Below are positions 50,101 through 57,966 of a stretch of DNA of 64,000 nt, in pieces (within the stretch, counting starts at the first letter, position 1; each line of letters starts with the position of its first letter). The stretch covers positions 1 through 64,000 of the forward strand of contig JACRCW010000064.1 in NCBI GenBank assembly GCA_016218805.1. The letters run 5' to 3'. A program made the translations under genes and the position numbers. This DNA is from Deltaproteobacteria bacterium (GTDB lineage: Bacteria; Myxococcota; JACRCW01). The notes under the pieces were generated by a model. The model was not told the origin of the DNA and searched no databases. It saw only the letters and a program-made list of their open reading frames with translations.

Positions 50101-53100
50101 ATGTGCAACGAATACGGGAGGCCCGCGCTCCCGTCGGTGGACCCCGCCGGCAACTACCCGCGCGTGTGCCAGGCCCCAACGTGCACGCCCTCCTGCGCTG
50201 GCAAGCAGTGTGGTGACGACGGGTGCGGCGGCAGCTGCGGAAGCTGCGCCGACGGGTCACGCTGCTACGAGAACCAGTGTTACAACCTCTGCACCGAGCC
50301 CGACCCGCGCAGTCACGAGTATTACACGGAAGAGGGGCGCTGCAGTTACGCCACGCTGTACTTCTGCGACAACGGGTTGCCGGCGGAGCTGAACTGCAAC
50401 CAGGTGGGCAGCCTGTGCGGATGGAACGAGTTGCTGGGCGCTTACTCGTGCGGCACCAGCGGTGAGGCGGGACCCGCCGGTACCGAGCCGATCCAGAACC
50501 CCGACTGCGCGTTCGCGTCCGGCACCTGCGGCTTCAAGCGCGGGTGCGGCATCAACGACGGCGCCTGCCCGTCGGGGCAGAGCTGCTCGGTCCAGGGTTA
50601 CGTGGAGGACTACGGGCTCGGGCATTGCGTGAACAACTCGGAGACCCAGTACACAAGCTGCAAGGCCCGTTGCTTCGGCACCCGCGTCATTGAACGTTTC
50701 AATTACCAGTGCTCCTGCAATGAGGGCTGCGAGGTCCTCGGCGACCCTGCCTTCTCGGTCAACAACGCGGTTGAGCACGGCATCTGCTGCACGGACTACG
50801 CCTACGAATGCCAGGGTGCGCCATCCGTTCCCGCGTGCGGGGACGGGTTCTGTTTCCGCGACGCGGGCGAGTCCTGCGCCAGCTGCCCCGGCGACTGCGG
50901 CGCATGTCCCGCCGGGTCCGACACGCCGCCGTGGAACGCTCCCTACGACCGCGCCCCCCGTGCGGCGGCCGGTGGCGGCGTCAACGACCTCGCCCTGAGC
51001 CCGCTGGATGACGTGCTCCCGGTGAGCCCGCCGGTCCCCACCGACGCGCTCATGATGTACGTGCCCGCCCCCGGCATTGACCTTGGACCGCCGGGCTCCC
51101 GTACCAACTTCCAGCCCGGCACCGACGTCATTGCCTCCACCACGGGCCGGCTGGGCCAGGCCCTGCGCTTCTTCACCCAGACGGGCCAGACCGTCACGCA
51201 CGCCGGTGACCTCACCTGGCTGCCTGACGGAGCGCTCCCCCGCGTGGTCAACACGAAGACCCGCGAGAACGGCGGCATGTCCGTGGCCATGTGGATCAAC
51301 GTCCCCGACGACATCGATCCTGCCGCGCTCAACCCGTTGTGGACCGGCCTCCCCGCACCGGATGCCGCCGACAACACCGAGCGGCTGTGCCTGTGGCCCC
51401 GCAAGTACAGCAGCCCCCGCCTCAAGGTGGCCTGTCCCAGGATCAATGGGCAAGAATCCAAGATCACTGACATCCGCATGTACGCCGGCGGCATCGTCGG
51501 CCTGCCCGCAGCCCCCGACGGGAACTGCCTGCGGATGAGCGACTACAAGCAGGACGCCACCTGCCAATGGAGTGGCGCGGAGGACTACGCACGAACCACC
51601 TGCCTCGGCCAGGGGAGCTGCACGCTGAAGTTCCCGGACAACGTCCCGGGCTGCGTCGCCGACTCGCCGTCGACGACCATGTACGTGGAGGCCGTCTGCA
51701 GCGCCAATCCCACGCCGCCCGAGCTGGGCGTGTCCATGCTCATCACGCCGTCGAGCATGGGTCACCAGCTCGCGCTCTCCGCGCCTGGCGCCAGCTTCGC
51801 GTCCACCAAGGAAGTCACCACGGGCGAGTGGCACCACGTGGGCTTCACGTTTCAGCCGTTTGCATCCGAGAAGAAGCGCGCCGGCGGCATTGCCACGCTC
51901 TACCTTGACGGTGAAGCGGTCGCCTCCAACGCATCGGTCCGCTTCCCGCGCCTCCGGTCGTCCACCACCAGCGGCGTCACCACCACAGCGCTGAACCTCT
52001 TCCCGCTCGGGATGAACCCATCCCGCACGGCCACCTCGTCGCTCATTGCGGACGTGGATGAGCTGTTTGTGTACGGACGCGCCATCACCGACGGCGAGAT
52101 GTCCAGCCTGGCGCGCAAGGGCACCCGCGGCCTGCGCATGGTGTGGCCTGAGAATGGTTCTGCGCACCGTTTCCGGAATGACGCCACCAGCCTCTCCCTG
52201 GTCACTGTCGACGCGCCGCACCTGCTGGACGTGGGCGCGCCGGGTGGCTCCCGGACGGTGCGGCGCGAGCAACCCGCCCTCCACGTCGGAAACGACCGTT
52301 CCCTTGAGTTTGGCAAGTCGGGCACGCATGACCTTGCGGGTCTGTCCTCCTACACGTTGATGGCGTGGGTACGGCAACCCGCCTCCGGGACCCTCCGCAC
52401 GCTCATGTCCGCTGGCGAGGCCGGTACCGACGAGCGTCTGAAATTGGAGCGGGTGGATTCCACCGGCGCCTGCGGAGGGCGCGCGCTCGTTGCCACGTTC
52501 AGCGATGGCACCGTCACGCAGACCGACTGTTCCTACGGCTTTGATCCGGACCGCTGGGTCATGCTCGCCGTCACCCAGGGAGGCGGAAAGCGGAGCATCT
52601 ACGTGGACGCGGTGCTGGTTGCCGAGAGCAGCGTGTCCAATCCGGCGGCGCTGTTCGTGGGCACTGGCGGATCGCCCCGGGTGGCGTTCCGCGACGTGGA
52701 CGTCTTCTGGGCGGGGCTGTTCCAGCGGGCGCTCAGCCAGCCGGACCTGGCCATCTGGCGCGGCCAGGGTCCCCTCATGTGGACGGACGGCGCGAAGTAC
52801 ACCGCCGGCGGCGCCGGCAAGGTGCGTGACTACGCGCTCTACCAGGAGCGGGGCGTCACCACCCAGCGACCGACGCTGTGGCAGGGGAACACGCCGCTGG
52901 CGTCCGCCAGTGGCGCCGGCCCGCTCGCGCTCGACCGCGCGACGACGCAGGAACTGACCATTCCGGCGAGCGTACACTTTGCCCGGCCCGAGGGCAGCAC
53001 CACCGACGACGCCCCGCGCATCTTCTCCTACGCCGCGCGCGTGGTGATGAACGGCGACGGCACCTACCCACTGGTTGACCGCCAGGTGGCATCCGGGGGG

Positions 53101-55974
53101 CAGCACGTCACGCTGTTCCGCGCCGACCTCGAGTGCAGCACCGGCAAGTGCCAGGTCACCGGCAAGGCGCGGGTGGCCGGCCCGGGCGTGACGTCGTCCA
53201 AGGACGAAAGCAGGTTCTCGAGCGAGTTCTTCACGTTGGGCGCCGCCACCGAAGCCGACGTCGCGCTCTCGTTCGACGGCCGCAACGTGCTCGTCGCGAT
53301 GGGCGTGCTTGGCGCCTCAGGCGGGGCAAGCCTGGAGTCCGCACACGCCCTCGCGGTGGACGAGGTGCTCCAGGCGCGCAGCCTGCCCAGCACCACCGCC
53401 GCGCCCACGGCGCTGACGGGCTCCTTCTTCCGCATCAGCGCTGCGCGCGCCACGGCCACCACGCTGTCCTTCAAGGAACTCCGCTTCTACCCGCGCGCCA
53501 TCTCTCCGGTGGAGCTTGCGGGTCTGGCGCGCCGCGACTGCAACAACGCCGGGTGTTCCGCGCGCGGGATGACCTGCCATGCGGGCAGCGGGATGGCCTT
53601 GCCGTCGTGCTCGGGCTGCGAAGCGGGTGCAATCCCGGCTTCTGACGGAGCCGGGTCGTCGTGCATTTCGCGGACGCCGTTCATGGCCGCGTGCACGTCA
53701 GACGAACAGTGTCAGACCGGGCTGTGCGTGGGGCGCCGCTGCGTGGAAGGCAGCAGGACTGAGTTCTGCACGAGCGCCTGCGCCGCGCTTGGCCGCAACT
53801 GCGAAGAGAAGAGCCACAACGCCTACGGGTGCAGCGACGACTGCAAGGAGTTCTACCGCCAGGACTTTGCCACGCCGCCCAACGAGGCGTGCTTCTGGTC
53901 GCCGGAGACCGAGAACCACGCGCTGTGCGAGACCAGCGACCAGTGCCTCTCCGGCGCGTGCATCACCGCCAGGGAGAAGACCTACTCCGTGGTGGAGACC
54001 ACCACCTGCCCGGTCCAACAGAGTGGCACCAGGGACTTCTACTGCCGCAAACCCGACGACAACTTTGACCGCTGGAAGGTGTGGGCCAGCATCAACGGCG
54101 GTGCGTTCCAGGATTGGCCGGCGTTCTGCCTGAACCTCAACAACACCAGCGACGACTTTGTGGTGCGCAACGTCTATGCGGGCCGCGAATGCCCGCCGGT
54201 CTTCACCTCCGTGAGCGGCGGTGCCAACGACGTCAAGCGCTGCGCGGAGCAGGAGGACCTCGGTTGTACGGCGCGGAACCGCAAGTCGACCGCATCCCGC
54301 ATCACGCGCCCGGGAGAGCCGGAGGAGCGGACCGTCTACACGTGCAGCGGGTGCCTCGACACCACGTTCAACGGCGTGCCGCTCTATGTGGAAGGCTTCA
54401 AGATGATGAAGCCGGAGCTGTGCAAGACGGTGCGCGAGAAGATCGTCGACAGCTGGATTGACTACCGCGGCGGAAACAAGCGTTCCTACAGCTACCCGTC
54501 AGGCGTGGGCGCGGACGTGCTCAAGCAGCTGTTGTTGACGGGCACCGGATCGCTGACACCGGCGGAGTATTCGCAGCTGGAAAAGATGGGGTTTGGCCCC
54601 ACGGTGCTCAACTTTGACGTCTGGCCCGCGCATGACCAGTTGGACTGGTACTGGAAGTGGGGCGGCTTCCTTGACTTTGAGGAGTGCGGCGTGGAGTTGC
54701 CGCCGGCGAACCTGTCGTCCGCGGCGCGGCTCGAGAGGTTCAAGCAGAGCAAGGCGGCCTCCCCGTTCCACGACCTCGACGACAACGCGGCCATCTGCAG
54801 GCCCAACAAGTTCCCCAACGGCACGCCGTGTCCACCGCCTGGCGCCAACCTCACCAGCGGTGATTCGCCGCATTCTTTCTGTGACAGCGGCTTCTGCGCG
54901 CGTGACACCGGCGTGTGTGAGGAGGGCTACGGCCGGGTGGAGGACACCAACGGCGAGAGCCGCGCTGATGACAAGAAGGACGACGACAGCGAGTTCCCGG
55001 TCAGCTTCTCCCAGACCAACCGCACCAGCATGGAGGTGCGCACCGTGGGGACGCTGGCCAACGGGCAGACCAAGAAGCGCGAGTACACGCTGCAATCCGT
55101 CAACGACAACACGCTCACGTTCTTCGGCTCCAGCCGGTCCATCATGCGCATTGAGGAAACCGCGGTCACCGACCCCGACGACGAAGCCAGCGAATTCGAA
55201 GGCAGAACCTTCTTCCTTGGCCTGCAGGTTCCTTCTGACGATCCCGCCGTTGCCTGTGAGGGCGCCAGCTGGAACAACGGCGAGTACCAGCCGCCGCCGC
55301 CGGGCTCTCCCCGCTGCGCACCGGCGGAGGACGGCATCACGCCCGCCATCCCCGTCGTGAAGTTGTGCCTCCCGTCGCCCGCCGGTTGCGAAGACGTGGA
55401 CCCGTTCACTGACTTCGCTTCGAACACCACCGGCAAGGGGCCCATGTGCGTGAAGAAGACGTTCCTGGCCGGCCCCGTCCCCATCACGATGCAGGCGGAA
55501 GTGACCCTGGACGCGTGCATCGGCGTGGGCTTCCACATTGACGACCAGACCCAGGAGCCCGCGTTCCGCGTGGTTCCGGAACTGGGCGTCGGCGTCGACC
55601 TGCGCGGCGGCGTGGGTGGCAGCATTGGGCCGGTGGAGGTGTTTGCCGGCGCGCGCGCGGTCATCACCATCCTGGGTCTCGAGTTCCCCATCGCCTGGGG
55701 CCTGGTGATCGAGAAGAAGGACAAGGACCCGCAGCAGGAGCAGATCGAGAACCTCTACGTCGTGAAGTTCCAGAGGACCATCGGCCTGGACATCACCGTC
55801 CTGAAGCTGGCCTTGTCGCTCTTTGCCGAGGTGGGCGTCGGAATCTTCATGATCGAGTGGGACCAGATCATCTTTGAGTTCGGTGGCCTGCAATTCCACT
55901 TCGATCTCGCGTCGACCGACATCCAGAGCAAGAAGGTCGACTTCGAACATCCAACCGCCGCGTACGGCAACTGA
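47107..55974 (+). CDS. Giant (~2955 aa) secreted Cys-rich protein with somatomedin B-like, LamG-like and SUEL-lectin-like domains and a beta-rich C-terminus
   Basis: Signal peptide from ATG 47107; 14 CxxxxCGxDGCGGxCGxC-type repeats; 8 GCC...CGW..YxC-type modules; GEWHHVGFTF/LYLDG/DELFVYGRA LamG motifs; amphipathic beta-strand tail. Confidence 0.85.
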   Translation: MRRLLHPVSLIPVLAALQFAPLTANADACAPGLAAYPEGCCNGRVWASCITNVEYALDCSSTTDPNQGCIWDTGLSAYGCGDTTVNPSVDPSLTYARACSCTIDCAGRTCGSDGCGGQCGVCTGSSYCDGTQCVCSPDCTNRWCGDDGCGGTCGDCTGGQVCYDPAIGCENCQPDCTGKQCGSDGCGGQCGLGCGGGMVCNAQGQCDVCVPDCAGKICGSDGCSTMCGNCPSQYDTCSADQTTCIACVPACSGKQCGDNGCGGTCGTCGSTEICTAAQQCVVCTPDCTGKQCGDDGCGGSCGTCTSGTCSVSGVCDSRYCRDIPALGCCDGTERLSCSYQLIDVEDCAATGGMCGLSANSFGVAGCFSAAEVTSSAPCPAPCTPNCTNKNCGDDGCNNVCGVCGAGQLCNAAQQCEACVPACSGRVCGYDFCGGSCGTCTGAGEVCTPDGQCVVEERTCANVPVGGCCEGGIYKQCDDGPMAQLRCSDFGDVCGSNWFGGFAGCWPQSQYEGPKPCACIPKCTGKECGPDGCGGVCGTCHAGQDCDENAQCVYPACPDLPDERCCTGEVLSGCSQRGALPVDCKSRNQYCGWDSDQGVYGCVDSPNLTDPAGALRNCPGAPTCTPSCTGRTCGSDGCGGSCGTCPTDRTCDFTTGTCVGETMCSSLPPGGCCYVNTEYYNIVQHLSCSSTDDYPSRQHCGLMPNPSGWGSVQGMCGWADGRVACVPKTSTAQPPSGTNIYCPTGTCIPKCDGTDQCGADGCGGVCGICPATHSCVAAADGTGGHCVAPCSPSCAGRTCGSDGCGGSCGDCNYNEECKELELGKSACVFVNRCNGLPDEGCCDGRDRVRRCHNGYPVSEECGSLVSCGWYEGGGSYVCGRTNGAADPSGVHPKTCPGGSSACVPRCGGKECGVDGCGGSCGTCTGGMECDRAGKCRTPTFTGGKYDQYTYTFSPSAGCCYDDGTMQYERYNADVYLGKQRVGQLPCYYGCGFNEQYQMYMCNEYGRPALPSVDPAGNYPRVCQAPTCTPSCAGKQCGDDGCGGSCGSCADGSRCYENQCYNLCTEPDPRSHEYYTEEGRCSYATLYFCDNGLPAELNCNQVGSLCGWNELLGAYSCGTSGEAGPAGTEPIQNPDCAFASGTCGFKRGCGINDGACPSGQSCSVQGYVEDYGLGHCVNNSETQYTSCKARCFGTRVIERFNYQCSCNEGCEVLGDPAFSVNNAVEHGICCTDYAYECQGAPSVPACGDGFCFRDAGESCASCPGDCGACPAGSDTPPWNAPYDRAPRAAAGGGVNDLALSPLDDVLPVSPPVPTDALMMYVPAPGIDLGPPGSRTNFQPGTDVIASTTGRLGQALRFFTQTGQTVTHAGDLTWLPDGALPRVVNTKTRENGGMSVAMWINVPDDIDPAALNPLWTGLPAPDAADNTERLCLWPRKYSSPRLKVACPRINGQESKITDIRMYAGGIVGLPAAPDGNCLRMSDYKQDATCQWSGAEDYARTTCLGQGSCTLKFPDNVPGCVADSPSTTMYVEAVCSANPTPPELGVSMLITPSSMGHQLALSAPGASFASTKEVTTGEWHHVGFTFQPFASEKKRAGGIATLYLDGEAVASNASVRFPRLRSSTTSGVTTTALNLFPLGMNPSRTATSSLIADVDELFVYGRAITDGEMSSLARKGTRGLRMVWPENGSAHRFRNDATSLSLVTVDAPHLLDVGAPGGSRTVRREQPALHVGNDRSLEFGKSGTHDLAGLSSYTLMAWVRQPASGTLRTLMSAGEAGTDERLKLERVDSTGACGGRALVATFSDGTVTQTDCSYGFDPDRWVMLAVTQGGGKRSIYVDAVLVAESSVSNPAALFVGTGGSPRVAFRDVDVFWAGLFQRALSQPDLAIWRGQGPLMWTDGAKYTAGGAGKVRDYALYQERGVTTQRPTLWQGNTPLASASGAGPLALDRATTQELTIPASVHFARPEGSTTDDAPRIFSYAARVVMNGDGTYPLVDRQVASGGQHVTLFRADLECSTGKCQVTGKARVAGPGVTSSKDESRFSSEFFTLGAATEADVALSFDGRNVLVAMGVLGASGGASLESAHALAVDEVLQARSLPSTTAAPTALTGSFFRISAARATATTLSFKELRFYPRAISPVELAGLARRDCNNAGCSARGMTCHAGSGMALPSCSGCEAGAIPASDGAGSSCISRTPFMAACTSDEQCQTGLCVGRRCVEGSRTEFCTSACAALGRNCEEKSHNAYGCSDDCKEFYRQDFATPPNEACFWSPETENHALCETSDQCLSGACITAREKTYSVVETTTCPVQQSGTRDFYCRKPDDNFDRWKVWASINGGAFQDWPAFCLNLNNTSDDFVVRNVYAGRECPPVFTSVSGGANDVKRCAEQEDLGCTARNRKSTASRITRPGEPEERTVYTCSGCLDTTFNGVPLYVEGFKMMKPELCKTVREKIVDSWIDYRGGNKRSYSYPSGVGADVLKQLLLTGTGSLTPAEYSQLEKMGFGPTVLNFDVWPAHDQLDWYWKWGGFLDFEECGVELPPANLSSAARLERFKQSKAASPFHDLDDNAAICRPNKFPNGTPCPPPGANLTSGDSPHSFCDSGFCARDTGVCEEGYGRVEDTNGESRADDKKDDDSEFPVSFSQTNRTSMEVRTVGTLANGQTKKREYTLQSVNDNTLTFFGSSRSIMRIEETAVTDPDDEASEFEGRTFFLGLQVPSDDPAVACEGASWNNGEYQPPPPGSPRCAPAEDGITPAIPVVKLCLPSPAGCEDVDPFTDFASNTTGKGPMCVKKTFLAGPVPITMQAEVTLDACIGVGFHIDDQTQEPAFRVVPELGVGVDLRGGVGGSIGPVEVFAGARAVITILGLEFPIAWGLVIEKKDKDPQQEQIENLYVVKFQRTIGLDITVLKLALSLFAEVGVGIFMIEWDQIIFEFGGLQFHFDLASTDIQSKKVDFEHPTAAYGN

Positions 55975-55983
55975 CGCAGGAGC

Positions 55984-57966
55984 ATGACCATGCGATCCCG
56001 TTCGATCCTGACGTTGTTCGCCGCCGTTGCCGCCGTGGGCGGGCTGCTGTGGTGGACTTCCCGCACCGAGCCGGCCCCGTCCACCCGCGTTGATGCCGCG
56101 CCGCCACGTGCCGCCGCACCGGTGGATGTTGCGCTGCACGCGCCGCCCGCCGACGTGCTGCAACCCGCGGAACCCTCCAAGCCCGTGGAGCCTCCCCCCA
56201 CGCTCGATGGTCGTTACGCGCTCCGCTACGCGATGACCATGTCGGGCGCCGACGCCGTGGGGAACGTGCCGCAGGCGCTCATGGTGCTCACCGGCACGCT
56301 CGTCGTCGAGCCGGCGCAGGAGGGGGAGCGGCGGTGGCTGAAAGCGTCGCTTGAGGGCGCGTCGCTGCAGCTTGATGAGGCGCTCAGGAAGGTCACCGAT
56401 TTCCCAGCCGCGCCCGACGGGGAATTCAAGCAGCCCTTTGCGGTCCCGCTTGAGCGCGACGGCCGTGTCGTCGACATCCGCTTTGCACGGGACCTGAGTC
56501 TGGCCACCCGCGGCACGCTGGCGGCGGTGATGCAGGCGGCGCAGTTCGTCCGCGTGGACCCCGCCGCCGCGGAGTACGACCTGCCGGAATGGTCGGTGAA
56601 TGGCACGCTGTCTTCCCACTGGCTGCGCAAGAGCGCCTCCGAGTACGTGCGCGCCTGGCGCGGCGCCGAATACGTCGACACGGCGGGGGGCCTGGACCCG
56701 GCGCCCGCGCAGTCATCGTTCGGTGAAGGGACGATCACGCTCGCCAACGGGCGCATTGAGAAGGTGGAGGCCAACGAGCGCGGGACTGCGCGCACCGGCG
56801 CCCAGGTGCAGCGACGTCCGTCCTACACAACGAGCGTTGAGCTCACGCGCATGGAGGGCAAGGCGTCGGTGGCTGCAGCGCGTCCGGACGCGCTCACGCC
56901 GCTTGTCACCAGCCAGCTCCACATCCCGCTCCCCAGGGAGCCCGCCGTTCCGTTTGAGGAGGCAATGGCCCAGGTGGAAGCGGCGGGCGACAAGCGCGCG
57001 GAACGCGCAGTGGCCCGCAAGACCCTCATGTACACGCTCATGGCGTCACCCGCCTCCGCAACGCAGGCCGAAGCGGTGTTCCGCCGGCCGGGCACTCCCG
57101 ACGCGGTCAAGCGCACCACCGTTGAGGCGCTGGCGGGCGCCGCCACGCCGGAAGCGCAGAGCGTGCTCGCGTCGGTGATGCTGGATGACAAGGTGCTCGT
57201 CACCGACCGCCTGTTCGTTGTCCAGGCCACCGTGGGCGTGAAGAAACCCCGCGAGCAGCTCCTGGACGACATGGCGCGCCTTGCCTACGAGCACCCCGAC
57301 AAGATCTACGCAAGCCAGGTGGCCATGGCGCTGGGCGCGGAGATCGCCTGGGCCGCCGAGCACAACGTGAAGACGGCCACCGGGTACCTGGCGGGCTACC
57401 TGCAGCACGCGGCCGCGGTGTTGCAGCCGCCGAATGCGGGAGAACCCAAGCGCCTCCGTGAGCGGTCCAACTGGCTCGGCGGGCTGGGCAACCTCGCCTC
57501 GCCCAACGCGCTCCCGTTCATTGAGGCGGCGCTGTCCGACCCGGAGCAGGGCATTCGCGCGAGCGCCGCGCACGCACTGCGGTTCCAGGACCCGCGGCCG
57601 GTCCGCGAGCGCATGCAGCAGATCATGCACCAGGACCAGTCGATGACGGTGCGCCTCGGCATCCTGCATGCCGCGCGTTATATGGGCCCCGAGTCGCAGA
57701 AGACGCTGGTGGAGCGCGCGCTCACCTACGATCCCAGCGAGAACGTCCGCACCGAAGCCGCCTACGTCATCTCGGCGTGGCTGCCGCAGGCGCCGGGACT
57801 CCGCCAGGTTCTCGCGCAAGCCCTGGAGCAGGAACGGTCGGAAAAGGTCCGCCATGTGCTGCGCAACTTCCTGGAGCCCGGCCGCATTGCGCCGCCGGGG
57901 CAGCTCATTCCAACGGTGAACGAGCTCATCCCGCCCGAATACCGCTCGACGACGGAGAACCCGTGA
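55984..57966 (+). CDS. Membrane-anchored HEAT-repeat protein with vitellogenin/MTP N-terminal-like domain
   Basis: N-terminal TM, beta-rich domain with KQPFAVPLERDGRVVDIRF and YDLPEWSVNG, helical repeats LGGLGNLASPNALPFI and IRASAAHALR. Confidence 0.7.
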   Translation: MTMRSRSILTLFAAVAAVGGLLWWTSRTEPAPSTRVDAAPPRAAAPVDVALHAPPADVLQPAEPSKPVEPPPTLDGRYALRYAMTMSGADAVGNVPQALMVLTGTLVVEPAQEGERRWLKASLEGASLQLDEALRKVTDFPAAPDGEFKQPFAVPLERDGRVVDIRFARDLSLATRGTLAAVMQAAQFVRVDPAAAEYDLPEWSVNGTLSSHWLRKSASEYVRAWRGAEYVDTAGGLDPAPAQSSFGEGTITLANGRIEKVEANERGTARTGAQVQRRPSYTTSVELTRMEGKASVAAARPDALTPLVTSQLHIPLPREPAVPFEEAMAQVEAAGDKRAERAVARKTLMYTLMASPASATQAEAVFRRPGTPDAVKRTTVEALAGAATPEAQSVLASVMLDDKVLVTDRLFVVQATVGVKKPREQLLDDMARLAYEHPDKIYASQVAMALGAEIAWAAEHNVKTATGYLAGYLQHAAAVLQPPNAGEPKRLRERSNWLGGLGNLASPNALPFIEAALSDPEQGIRASAAHALRFQDPRPVRERMQQIMHQDQSMTVRLGILHAARYMGPESQKTLVERALTYDPSENVRTEAAYVISAWLPQAPGLRQVLAQALEQERSEKVRHVLRNFLEPGRIAPPGQLIPTVNELIPPEYRSTTENP

